In this document: positions 45,687 through 54,845 of the stretch, piece by piece
How positions within the stretch are numbered: position 1 is the stretch's first letter
Layout of the letters: every line of letters begins with the position of its first letter
NCBI GenBank assembly: GCA_016867375.1
Contig: VGJQ01000001.1
Coordinates: 21,394 to 85,393 of the forward strand
Length of the DNA stretch: 64,000 bases
Origin: Candidatus Kaiserbacteria bacterium
GTDB taxonomy: Bacteria > Patescibacteriota > Minisyncoccia > Phycocordibacterales > UBA2100
Direction: 5' to 3'
The notes under the pieces: model-generated
Databases searched by the model: none
What the model was told of the DNA's origin: nothing
What the model saw: the letters and a program-made list of their open reading frames with translations, nothing else
Position numbers and translations under genes: made by a program

Positions 45687-46496
45687 CTATGCCCCACTGA
45701 AAAAGCGTTTCGCTTCCTTCCAATAGTCTATCGTCATTCCTATATCGATAGGATCGAGCGCATTCCTGCTTGGACGAAGTCGCACTTGTGCGCAGATACT
45801 GATGTCTGTATGAAGACCTTCTCGTTTGAAGGGATTCAGTAGATTGATGGTCGTAGGACCCAGTCCACCCGCCGCAATCATACCCACACACTTATCGGAG
45901 AGACGTTTACGAAGTGCTTTGCAGTACGTGATCAACAACTCCGCATCCATACCCTTTCCCTGGCCCATGCTTTTGTCGAAGAGTACTGCGTCGAGGCAGT
46001 TGGCCTGATAGTACTCCACCAATTTTTCGGCAACGATATCTGGGTCGTTGCCCGCCTCCTCCATGGCACGAGCACCGACCTGTAGGATTATTTTGTGACG
46101 AATGGTGGTATAGCGCTTGAATGCCTGTCGGATATCATTGATATCCGGCCAGACCATGTCAAGCTGAATCGCATTCAGATGTTTACCACCCCAGCTGATT
46201 GCCTCACGGTAATCTTCTATGGTCGTCACATTGTCGTAGTCGGCGTAATGCAGGACGTTGCATACGAAAGGGTCGTCGAGAAAGATATTCGCGATCACTT
46301 CTTTAGGAGGAAACGCATTCGCCCACTTTGTTGGCAGGCCGTGAAGAGTTTTATAACTCATCATCACCCCGACCCCAAGCAGGTGTCGCGTTTTATGCGC
46401 AGTATCACTTTTTACGACCTTAAGGAGCTGCTGAACCTGCTCCGCGGATGTGATATCCGTGACACTGATATATGGGTCGAATGAGTTCATCTGCAT
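45687..46496 (-). CDS. Hypothetical protein, possibly a TIM-barrel enzyme (weak TrpF-like LFDKSMGQGKGMD motif)
   Basis: 269 aa. Only a weak motif resemblance, so function is left open. Confidence 0.35.
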   Translation of the reverse strand: MQMNSFDPYISVTDITSAEQVQQLLKVVKSDTAHKTRHLLGVGVMMSYKTLHGLPTKWANAFPPKEVIANIFLDDPFVCNVLHYADYDNVTTIEDYREAISWGGKHLNAIQLDMVWPDINDIRQAFKRYTTIRHKIILQVGARAMEEAGNDPDIVAEKLVEYYQANCLDAVLFDKSMGQGKGMDAELLITYCKALRKRLSDKCVGMIAAGGLGPTTINLLNPFKREGLHTDISICAQVRLRPSRNALDPIDIGMTIDYWKEAKRFFSGA

Positions 46497-46561
46497 GTAC
46501 TATCTCCATGACTCAAAGAGGTGTCCGCTCATAGAATACAGGACGCCAACTGAACAGGCAA

Positions 46562-47575
46562 TTACATGAGTGGTTGTTTTCTGAGCGGCGCTTCAGCGCC
46601 GATATGTGCGTATCCTTTTTTAGTCACGATGCGGCCGCGGGGGGTGCGCTCGAGGAGGCCGGCTTGGATGAGGTACGGCTCATGGACTTCTTCGATCGTC
46701 GCTTCTTCCTCGGAGAGCGCGGCGCCGATCGTCTTGAGGCCGACAGGGCCGCCGTTGAATTTGTCGGCGATCGTCGTGAGGATGTCGCGGTCTATCTGAT
46801 TGAGGCCGATCTCGTCGATTTCGAGGAGCGCGAGCGCTTTTTTGATCGTTTTGATGGTGAGCGGCTCACCTGAGACTTCGGCAAAGTCGCGTGCTCGCTT
46901 AAGGAGGTAATTAGCAGTGCGTGGTGTCGCCCGGCTGCGACGGGCGATCTCCATCGAGGACGCTTCGTCGATATCGATATTGAGAATTTTTGCCGAGCGT
47001 CGCAGTATCTCGGCGATCTCGGCATCGGTATAGTAATTGAGGCGGAAGGTGCCGCCGGAGAAGCGGCTGCGCAGCGGTGCCGAGAGGAGCGAGATGCGCG
47101 TCGTGGCAGCGATCAGGGTAAAGGGTGGGAGCTCGAGCTGTACGGTGCGCGCGGCAGGACCCTTGCCGATCACGATATCGAGCACTCCCGCTTCCATGGC
47201 AGGGTAGAGGACCTCCTCGATCATCCGATTGAGGCGGTGGATCTCGTCGATGAAGAGAACGTCGCCGGGTGAAAGATTGGTAAGGATACTGGCGAGGTCC
47301 CCGACGCGCTCGATGGCGGGTCCGGAGGTGCTGCGCAGCGATGCACCGATCTCTTTGGTGATGAGATGGGCGAGGGTGGTCTTGCCGAGGCCTGGCGGGC
47401 CGTAGAGGAGGATGTGCTCGGACTGCTGGGAGCGGCCTTTGGCGGCTTGGAGCAAAATACGTAGGTTTTCCTTGATGGTAGCCTGGCCCACATACTCGCC
47501 CCAGACGCCTGGACGCAGGGCCTGATCGAGCGATCGGGGGCTTTTTTCGAGGGGGGTGGGGGAGGGTTTTGTCAT
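46562..47575 (-). CDS. ruvB: Holliday-junction branch-migration helicase RuvB
   Basis: LLYGPPGLGKTTLA Walker A. RuvB N/AAA+ and C-terminal winged-helix regions. 337 aa. Confidence 0.95.
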   Translation of the reverse strand: MTKPSPTPLEKSPRSLDQALRPGVWGEYVGQATIKENLRILLQAAKGRSQQSEHILLYGPPGLGKTTLAHLITKEIGASLRSTSGPAIERVGDLASILTNLSPGDVLFIDEIHRLNRMIEEVLYPAMEAGVLDIVIGKGPAARTVQLELPPFTLIAATTRISLLSAPLRSRFSGGTFRLNYYTDAEIAEILRRSAKILNIDIDEASSMEIARRSRATPRTANYLLKRARDFAEVSGEPLTIKTIKKALALLEIDEIGLNQIDRDILTTIADKFNGGPVGLKTIGAALSEEEATIEEVHEPYLIQAGLLERTPRGRIVTKKGYAHIGAEAPLRKQPLM

Positions 47576-47685
47576 ACAAAATCTATTGACTTTTATGTTG
47601 TATATGATATACTTCCATCAGCTGAAGTTTTTCAGGAGTTTTCGATTCATCAGCCACAAACAGAGGATCAATCCGGCTCGACGGA

Positions 47686-47817
47686 GGCGCGATTCTCTCA
47701 ACGATTGTATCATCATCCAGGACGGCGGCAGTCTGCCGCCACGCGGAATAGCACTTCCCCTATCCTGAGGTCATGACGCAGCTTTTCATTCAAAAGTGTC
47801 GTTGAGAGAATCGCGCC
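47686..47817 (+). repeat. Long-stem hairpin element (copy E; perfect 18-bp closing stem, about 96-nt interior with an internal ggcggcag-tctg-ccgcc hairpin)
   Basis: ggcgcgattctctcaacg ... cgttgagagaatcgcgcc. Confidence 0.6.
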
Positions 47818-47893
47818 CCTGTCTACCAATGATCACGATAGCATCTGCGGGCGCGCACACAAAGAGACTATCGTGGTGTGATGGAGGAAAGAC

Positions 47894-47992
47894 ATGTCAG
47901 TCGAAGTGGCACACGAACTCTCCAACGCCGTCGCGTATATTGCCGCGGCAGCTGTTGCAATCTTCTTCCTCAAATACGTCTTTCGAGGATAA
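47894..47992 (+). CDS. Candidate 32-aa hydrophobic peptide
   Basis: GGAGGA ribosome-binding site 5-10 nt upstream. MSVEVAHELSNAVAYIAAAAVAIFFLKYVFRG. Followed by a terminator hairpin. Confidence 0.25.
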   Translation: MSVEVAHELSNAVAYIAAAAVAIFFLKYVFRG

Positions 47993-48024
47993 GAAGAAGA
48001 CAAATTTATTCGACCTAATCTTGA

Positions 48025-48048
48025 GCGGCCCCATTTGGGCCGCTTTTT
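48025..48048. terminator. Bidirectional terminator (gcggccc-cattt-gggccgc plus T5)
   Basis: GC stem plus T-run. The pilB-2 stop (48047) overlaps it. Confidence 0.6.
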
Positions 48049-49747
48049 ACGCCGCTTCCACAAAAAGCGTATCATCATTGAGATCCACCATGCGTCCGAG
48101 CTCGTCGAGCGAGGTGACTCCTTGTAATACTTTCACAATGCCGTCTTGTGCCATGCGGCGGATTTGCTGATGCTTTGCGGCGGCCCAGATGTCGCGATCT
48201 GATGCGCCTGCACGCACTGTCTCCTCGATTTGTTTATCCATGAGTATCACTTCGACGACCGAGATGCGGCCCTTGTAGCCCAGACCACCGCATTTGTCAC
48301 AGCCTTTCGGTATCCACATACGCGTCCTGTTTTCAGGGAGTTCATCAGCGTGGGGGATATTGCTCAATATCTTGTCGACGAGCTCTTTGTTGGCGCCTTC
48401 GATCGGCACTTCTTCGTGACAAGTCTTACACAGGCGGCGCACGAGGCGCTGCGCCATCGCCACCGTGAGTGCAGCACCGAGGATGTCGGGCGAGACACCC
48501 ATGTCCATGAGGCGGGGGAAGGTGCCTGCAGCGTCGTTGGTGTGAAGTGTGGAGAAGACGAGGTGGCCGGTGAGTGAGGCATTGACGGCGGTCTGCGCCA
48601 CTTCAGCATCTCGGATTTCGCCCACCATGATGATGTCCGGGTCTTGGCGGAGTGTAGAGCGCAAGCCTTGTGCAAAGGTGTAGTCTTTGGACACCTGTGT
48701 CTGCACGATGCCGTTGAGGTGGTATTCGATTGGGTCTTCGATGGTGACGATCTTGATGCCGGGCTCGTTGACCTTACTCAAGAATGCATAGAGGGTCGTC
48801 GTCTTACCGGATCCGGTAGGGCCTGTGTTGAGGATCATACCATTGGGCTTTGCGATTTCGTGATCGAAGATGTCCATGAGGTATTTATCGAAACCGAGTG
48901 CTTCCATTGGAAGGCCGATCGTCGTCGGGTCGAGGATACGCATGACCATTGTCTCTGCATAGGCGCCGGGCAAGACCGAGGAGCGGATTTCAATCTCTTT
49001 TTCGTTGACGACGATGGAGAAACGGCCATCTTGTGCTGCGTTTTTGATATTGAGTTTGAGGCCCGAGAGGAGCTTGAGGCGGCTTGAGATGAGTCCGTAG
49101 GTGGCAAAATCGAAGCGAGAGACGTCGATCAGGACGCCGTCGAGACGGTAGCGCATACGCACGTCTTCTTCTTGTGGTTCAAGGTGGATGTCGGATGCAC
49201 CGAGCGAGAGTGCGCCGGACATAGTGATCTCGAGGATGCGTGAGATACGATGTGTGTCCTTGCTCTCGACATTGCCTTTGATTTCATTCTGCACATCCTC
49301 AATCTTCTTGAGTTTCTGGAGCATCTCTTGGATGGTCTCATTGGAGAGAGTGAGGACGCCGGCTTCCGTCTCGGTGGCATAGGAGATGTCGTGATAGCGT
49401 TCCCAGGCGTGTTCGAGGCTGGCGCGCGAGGCGATGAATCGCCGTACGCTGTAGCCGAGCCGCTCCACATCTGCTATCGCTTGGAGCGAATCTGTGCGCT
49501 CTGGTGCGCGCATGGCCACAGAGATGACTTTATTATTCTTGTGAAAAGCGGCGACTTCGAGCTCCTCTGCCCGCTCTTTAGGGATGAGACGCAGTGCGTC
49601 GGTGTTGATTGATTTATTCGTCAGGTCGACATAATCGACGCCGTATTTACCAGCAAGCATCTGTGCGAGCTGCTCTTCCTCGCGGTGGCGCAACTCCTCC
49701 AGTCGCTCCTCCTGCTTCTTTTCGTTAAAATCCGTGACCATTGGCAC
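48047..49747 (-). CDS. pilB: Type IV pilus assembly ATPase GspE/PilB family, full length with N-terminal GSPII_E_N domain (second paralog)
   Basis: 566 aa. Walker [20 protein letters not shown]. The C-terminal tetracysteine motif (CKTC...CDKCGG). Confidence 0.9.
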   Translation of the reverse strand: MPMVTDFNEKKQEERLEELRHREEEQLAQMLAGKYGVDYVDLTNKSINTDALRLIPKERAEELEVAAFHKNNKVISVAMRAPERTDSLQAIADVERLGYSVRRFIASRASLEHAWERYHDISYATETEAGVLTLSNETIQEMLQKLKKIEDVQNEIKGNVESKDTHRISRILEITMSGALSLGASDIHLEPQEEDVRMRYRLDGVLIDVSRFDFATYGLISSRLKLLSGLKLNIKNAAQDGRFSIVVNEKEIEIRSSVLPGAYAETMVMRILDPTTIGLPMEALGFDKYLMDIFDHEIAKPNGMILNTGPTGSGKTTTLYAFLSKVNEPGIKIVTIEDPIEYHLNGIVQTQVSKDYTFAQGLRSTLRQDPDIIMVGEIRDAEVAQTAVNASLTGHLVFSTLHTNDAAGTFPRLMDMGVSPDILGAALTVAMAQRLVRRLCKTCHEEVPIEGANKELVDKILSNIPHADELPENRTRMWIPKGCDKCGGLGYKGRISVVEVILMDKQIEETVRAGASDRDIWAAAKHQQIRRMAQDGIVKVLQGVTSLDELGRMVDLNDDTLFVEAA

Positions 49748-49830
49748 TATTGTAGCAACATTTCTTGTCCAATGTGCTACTGTGATAGGAAATCAGACAT
49801 TATTTAACACTTGTAAATACACTAAAGCGT

Positions 49831-50244
49831 ATGTTTGAATCTTGGTTTAATAAAAAGAAGCAAGGTGAGAAACCTCAAAGAAAGATTGCTGATGCAAAGG
49901 TGGCACGGATGATGGCTGCCGGTATCATCACGGCGGTTTCTAATACTGAGCCCGCACACGGTATAGAGTCACAGCAACCATCGTTTACATCAGACACGGC
50001 CATTGAGAATACTATAACCGCCACACCAGCTGCGGAGGCGGCCATACAGAAACTAGCCCAGATGTCGTTTGAAGATGGTAAGGCGTTCGTTGAAGCATTT
50101 AGACAAACTTCAAAAAATCCAGAAGATCTCATCTATGATCCAGCGCAAGACCTCTACGACGCCATCTTGAACAATCCGAATCATGGTCTATCGGAAGAGC
50201 TTGTGCAATATATTAAAAATCAGATACAAGAGGTGAACGAATAA
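49831..50244 (+). CDS. Hypothetical protein
   Basis: 137-aa ORF. No motif. Confidence 0.4.
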   Translation: MFESWFNKKKQGEKPQRKIADAKVARMMAAGIITAVSNTEPAHGIESQQPSFTSDTAIENTITATPAAEAAIQKLAQMSFEDGKAFVEAFRQTSKNPEDLIYDPAQDLYDAILNNPNHGLSEELVQYIKNQIQEVNE

Positions 50245-50246
50245 TA

Positions 50247-50564
50247 TTGAGAATTATGGAAAAGTTCGAAAAACCAAAGAAGAGGAGGGCAGGTGAACAA
50301 GTAGCCCGGGCACTTGGTGCTGCACTTGTAGCGGCTAGTCCGAGCGCAGCGCAGGCAGGGTCAGGTTTTGATGGTAATTTCCCGACTCATCATTATGAAA
50401 TGAAAGTCCCTGCCACTCCGGAAGGACTAGAAGCTGCTAAAAAAAGGCAGGAGCTGGAAGACCTAAGAGATAAGTTCAACGACTACGGTCTCCCGATGCC
50501 GCCTGAACTGGTGAGAGAGTTGGAGGCAAACAATATCCCTCTTCGCGATCCTAATGTAAAGTAA
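50247..50564 (+). CDS. Hypothetical protein
   Basis: 105-aa ORF. No motif. Confidence 0.4.
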   Translation: MRIMEKFEKPKKRRAGEQVARALGAALVAASPSAAQAGSGFDGNFPTHHYEMKVPATPEGLEAAKKRQELEDLRDKFNDYGLPMPPELVRELEANNIPLRDPNVK

Positions 50565-50565
50565 T

Positions 50566-50994
50566 ATGCGCATTGAAGGCGTGGGGGAAATGGAATCGTA
50601 CGCGCGTGAGTTTATCGCGGCTCTAGCTTTGCGCACAGATTGCGCGACGATCGTCGCGCTCTCGGGGGACCTAGGGGCAGGGAAGACGACTTTTACTCAG
50701 GGGGTCGCCCATGCGCTTGGTGTGGAGGAGGTGGTGACCAGCCCGACCTTCGTCATTGAAAAGGTATATGAGTTACACGATCAAAAATGGTCGCGGCTCA
50801 TTCATATCGATGCCTACCGACTCGTGAGTGAGCATGAGCTCGAGGTACTCGGCTGGCACGACATGATCGCCGACTCGCGTAATCTAATCCTCATCGAATG
50901 GCCGGAGATGGTGGCGGAGCTTATACCTGAGAAGGCAGTGCGTGTCACACTCTCGGGCGACGACGATACGAGAGAGATAACAGTTGACTTGTAA
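50566..50994 (+). CDS. tsaE: tRNA threonylcarbamoyladenosine biosynthesis ATPase TsaE (YjeE)
   Basis: P-loop LSGDLGAGKTTFTQG and the SPTF..ID.YRL pattern typical of TsaE. Confidence 0.8.
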   Translation: MRIEGVGEMESYAREFIAALALRTDCATIVALSGDLGAGKTTFTQGVAHALGVEEVVTSPTFVIEKVYELHDQKWSRLIHIDAYRLVSEHELEVLGWHDMIADSRNLILIEWPEMVAELIPEKAVRVTLSGDDDTREITVDL

Positions 50995-51636
50995 GTGCCC
51001 TGTGTTTATCTTTGTCTTAGTGTCATTGCGACGGAGGTACTGATGAGCAACATCGTACACTTCAGACAACAGGGACCATTGCAATACTGCTCCGAGGTCG
51101 AGCTTCCTGTTTTGTATGGGAAGTTTAGTCCCTCAACGATCTTTTGCATCGGAAATGTGATCGGCGGCATACCAATCGGAAACATGGACGATGAGTTTAT
51201 GCGACTCTTCCTTCCTATCCCGTTTCCAGATCCGACAAGATGGTCACCTACCAAAAAAATCTCCCCAATACCGAAGCTTCGGGTATCGTACTGGGATTTG
51301 TTGCGAGATACACGCGATATCGACATCTTCTCCGTATGGCTTGGTGAGGAAAAAAGGGTGGTGGATTTGGTGAGGGTCTTTCAAATTATGAGTCTCGGAC
51401 AAAAGGGGCCTGCCTTATGCAACAATATGATGAATGTGGCGTTCGTTACCCCGGTCTTCGATGATCGTCCGCATACCTTGTATTGGAACACCTATTTGGG
51501 GACGTGGCATATCAACCTCGTGCCCGGACCTGTCGAGGAGCTGCAAAAGCTAAAATATCGACGCAAGCTTCCGCAGGGAGCGCGTATATTTGGCGGACTG
51601 TCGCCAGATGAAAAACATGAGCCCTTAGCCTTCTGA
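50995..51636 (+). CDS. Hypothetical protein (lower local GC)
   Basis: 213-aa ORF. No motif. A possible internal start is at 51043. Confidence 0.35.
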   Translation: MPCVYLCLSVIATEVLMSNIVHFRQQGPLQYCSEVELPVLYGKFSPSTIFCIGNVIGGIPIGNMDDEFMRLFLPIPFPDPTRWSPTKKISPIPKLRVSYWDLLRDTRDIDIFSVWLGEEKRVVDLVRVFQIMSLGQKGPALCNNMMNVAFVTPVFDDRPHTLYWNTYLGTWHINLVPGPVEELQKLKYRRKLPQGARIFGGLSPDEKHEPLAF

Positions 51637-51698
51637 TCCTCTCGTGGGATTGGGAGGCTTTTGTTTTTCACGACGCGCGAGGCCGTCTGCGCTATACT

Positions 51699-54110
51699 GT
51701 GGCCATGGTAGCTAAAAAGGACAAGGAAGATGCCACAACGGCGCGCAAGCGTCTGATTATCCTCGATACGCATGCAATCATCCACCGTGCCTATCATGCA
51801 ATTCCCGACCTCACGACTTCTAAAGGCGAGCCGACGGGTGCGCTCTACGGACTCGTCTCGATGCTCCTGCGTACGATCAATGATCTGAAGCCCGACTACC
51901 TCATCGCGTGCCGGGATTTGCCGGGTCCGACACACCGGCACGAGCGCTTTGAAGGCTACAAGGCGACGCGCGTGAAAGCGGAGGATGCACTTGTGGCTCA
52001 GCTTGAGCGTGCGCCGATTGTCTTTGAGGCGTTTGGTATTCCTATGTACGCAGCGCCCGGATACGAGGCGGACGATTGCATCGGCACGATCGTGCGCGAG
52101 CTTCAGGCGCACGATCATGTCGATACGATCATCGCGTCCGGCGACATGGACACGCTTCAGCTTGTGTCGCCCTCGGTCGGTGTGTACACGATGCGCAAAG
52201 GAATCACTGACATAAAGTTTTATGATGCCGCTGAGGTCAAGGAGCGCTACGGATTCGGCCCCGAGCATGTGGTCGATTACAAAGCCTTGCGCGGCGATCC
52301 GTCGGACAACATCCCCGGCATCAAAGGTATCGGCGAGAAGACGGCGACCGAGCTCATCAAAATAGGCGGCTCGCTCGAAAACCTCTATGCGCTGCTCGAG
52401 AAACATCCGGATACGCTCATAAAAAAGGGCATAAAGCCGCGCATCGTGCAGCTCCTGATTGATGGTAAGGAGGCGGCCTTTTTCTCCAAAGAGCTTGCGA
52501 CGATTCATACCGATGCACCGATTTCATTTACGGTGCCCGACAGGCCGTGGGTGCTTGCCGAGCATCAGGGTGGCATCGAGCAGCTGTGTGACACGCTTGA
52601 ATTCCGTACGCTCAAGGAGCGTGTGCGCGGATTTGTCCGTGCGGAGAGCGGTGCAGCCGCCCAGGAGGCAGCGACAGACACTCCTTCGGTCGACAAGACG
52701 ACGCTCGCGGAAGTATCGGTCGCGCTCTGGGTGCTCAATTCCGATATCGCCAATCCGTCGCTTGCGGACATTTTCGAATTTGCGCAGACCGATGATTTCG
52801 AGAAGGCGCGCGAGAAGATATTTGCACAGCTACATGAGAGTCCGGCGCTTCAAAAAGTGTACGAAGACATTGAGCGCCCGCTCATACCCATCGTGAATAG
52901 GATGCATGACGACGGAGTGATGATCGATGTAAAGTATCTCGCCTCGCTCGCGCGCGAATATGGCAAAGGTCTCTCGGAGATCGAGAAGCGCATCTACGCT
53001 CATGCGGGCCACGAATTCAATATCAATTCTCCCAAACAGCTCGGTGTCGTCTTGTATGACGAGCTCAAAATCACGCCAGAGCGGCAAAAGCGGACTGCCG
53101 GCGGTGCGCGCACGACGCGCGAAGAGGAGCTTTCGAAGCTTGTCGATATGCACCCCATCATTGCCGATATCCTCGCGTACCGCGAACTGCAGAAACTCCT
53201 CTCCACCTACATCGAGAAGATCCCCACTATGGTCGCCGCAGACGGCAGGCTCCATGCCCAATTCCTGCAAGCAGGATCCGCGACGGGGCGCATGGCAAGC
53301 CAGAATCCCAATGTCCAGAATATTCCCATCAAGACCGAATATGGCCGCCGTATCCGCAGTGCATTTGTCGCCGCACCGGGATACGTGCTCGCTGCGATCG
53401 ACTACTCACAGATCGAGCTGCGTATCGCTGCGGGGCTTTCAGGTGATGAAAAGCTGATCAAAATCTTTCAAGAGGGTGGCGATATTCACACCGAGGTTGC
53501 GTCATTTGTCTTTGGTGTCGAGCCGGAAAAAGTAGATCGTGAGATGCGCCGCCGCGCCAAGGTGATCAATTTTGGCATCCTCTATGGTATGGGTGTCAAT
53601 GCGTTGCGTGCCAATCTCGGTGGCGATGTGACGCGCGCGCAGGCGGCCGAGTATCTCGAAGATTATTTCAAGACATTCTCAGGCGTGGCCGCATACATCG
53701 AAAAGACGAAAGCTTTTGCAAAAAAACAGGGCTACACCGAGACGCTCTACGGCCGCCGCCGGCATTTCCCAGGACTCACATCCTCCTTGCCAGGCGTCGT
53801 CGCTGCGGCGGAGCGCATGGCGGTGAATGCACCGATGCAGGGCACGCAAGCCGACATCATCAAACTCGCCATGATCGAAGCCGACAAAGTGATCGAGCGC
53901 GAAGACCTCCGGGACCGAGTGAAATTGCTTTTGCAAGTGCACGATGAACTCATCTACGAAGTACGCGCAGAAGATACTGATACGCTCGTGCCGCGCTTGC
54001 GACAGGTAATGGAATCGGTGGTGACAGGGGATATGCTCGCTGGCGTGCCCATCATCGCCGAGGCTTCGGTGGGGAAAAATTGGGGAGAGATGCGCAAGAT
54101 CAGTCACTAG
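51699..54110 (+). CDS. polA: DNA polymerase I (5'-3' exonuclease plus polymerase domains; 803 aa)
   Basis: N-terminal FEN-like region (LIILDTHAIIHRAYHA...). Pol A motifs RRAKVINFGILYGMG and LLQVHDELIYEV. Too short to contain a full 3'-5' proofreading domain. Confidence 0.95.
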   Translation: MAMVAKKDKEDATTARKRLIILDTHAIIHRAYHAIPDLTTSKGEPTGALYGLVSMLLRTINDLKPDYLIACRDLPGPTHRHERFEGYKATRVKAEDALVAQLERAPIVFEAFGIPMYAAPGYEADDCIGTIVRELQAHDHVDTIIASGDMDTLQLVSPSVGVYTMRKGITDIKFYDAAEVKERYGFGPEHVVDYKALRGDPSDNIPGIKGIGEKTATELIKIGGSLENLYALLEKHPDTLIKKGIKPRIVQLLIDGKEAAFFSKELATIHTDAPISFTVPDRPWVLAEHQGGIEQLCDTLEFRTLKERVRGFVRAESGAAAQEAATDTPSVDKTTLAEVSVALWVLNSDIANPSLADIFEFAQTDDFEKAREKIFAQLHESPALQKVYEDIERPLIPIVNRMHDDGVMIDVKYLASLAREYGKGLSEIEKRIYAHAGHEFNINSPKQLGVVLYDELKITPERQKRTAGGARTTREEELSKLVDMHPIIADILAYRELQKLLSTYIEKIPTMVAADGRLHAQFLQAGSATGRMASQNPNVQNIPIKTEYGRRIRSAFVAAPGYVLAAIDYSQIELRIAAGLSGDEKLIKIFQEGGDIHTEVASFVFGVEPEKVDREMRRRAKVINFGILYGMGVNALRANLGGDVTRAQAAEYLEDYFKTFSGVAAYIEKTKAFAKKQGYTETLYGRRRHFPGLTSSLPGVVAAAERMAVNAPMQGTQADIIKLAMIEADKVIEREDLRDRVKLLLQVHDELIYEVRAEDTDTLVPRLRQVMESVVTGDMLAGVPIIAEASVGKNWGEMRKISH

Positions 54111-54189
54111 CGACTAGGGTTTAGCCAATAGGGCGTGGCTGTTCTTGGATTATACTAGTGGCTATACCCTAGTGGCCAATCACTATTTT

Positions 54190-54840
54190 ATGCTTTACCT
54201 CTATATCGGTACAGACAGAAAGAAGGCACATGCGGCGTTGCGTGCTGATGCGGCGCTATTGTCGAAAAAAGCGGCAGTTATCCACATCACCGACGCACAT
54301 ACAATAGAAGACCTGGATGCCGCTATAAGCGGTGGTGGGCTCTTCGCACAAGCGAGAGTCGTCATACTTGATGGCGTCTTTGACAGGGAAGACATGCGAG
54401 AGCGGATTCTATCGCGGACGGACGATATTGCATCTATGAGTGACCACTTTTTGCTGTATACAGAGAAGATCGACGCAGCGACACGTAAGCGTCTGGAACG
54501 CATGGCTGCAAAGGTCCAACAATTCGATCTGCCAAAAAAAGCCGATAAAGAAAGCACTATCTTCACTATAGGCAATGCGTTGCGCGTAGGTGACAAGAAG
54601 CGTCTCTGGGTCGGCTACCAAGGGGAGCTGCTTGCTCAGACAGCGCCCGAAGCAATTCATGGAGTCCTCTTTTGGGCCGCAAAGCAGATGCTGCTTGCTG
54701 CACGAGGCGATACGGAGCGTATCCGCGGCAAAAGGCTCGTAGCACAGCTCGCGGAGCTACCGCACAAAGCACGCCGCCGTGGCGAAGAACTCGAATATGC
54801 ACTTGAACGATTTGTGCTCTCTATTGACGTGATAAAATAA
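54190..54840 (+). CDS. holA: DNA polymerase III delta subunit-like (HolA-like), start at MLYLYIGTD
   Basis: N-terminal LYLYIGTD...GGLFAQARVVIL pattern typical of the delta subunit. Short (216 aa). Confidence 0.5.
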   Translation: MLYLYIGTDRKKAHAALRADAALLSKKAAVIHITDAHTIEDLDAAISGGGLFAQARVVILDGVFDREDMRERILSRTDDIASMSDHFLLYTEKIDAATRKRLERMAAKVQQFDLPKKADKESTIFTIGNALRVGDKKRLWVGYQGELLAQTAPEAIHGVLFWAAKQMLLAARGDTERIRGKRLVAQLAELPHKARRRGEELEYALERFVLSIDVIK

Positions 54841-54845
54841 TCACT

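Noticed and set aside
45687-46496. Calling 45687-46496 phosphoribosylanthranilate isomerase (TrpF)
   Set aside because: There is only a single weak motif resemblance (LFDKSMGQGKGMD). The N-terminal region does not match TrpF, and a lone trp-pathway gene would be odd. It is left as a hypothetical TIM-barrel-like protein.
46911-47579. 222-aa minus-strand ORF in an alternative frame of ruvB
   Set aside because: Same strand but a different frame from ruvB, which has unambiguous AAA+ motifs. The translation is Arg/Pro-rich.
51492-52508. 338-aa minus-strand ORF overlapping the 5' end of polA
   Set aside because: Antisense to a well-supported polA gene. No motifs. Arg/His-rich artefactual composition.
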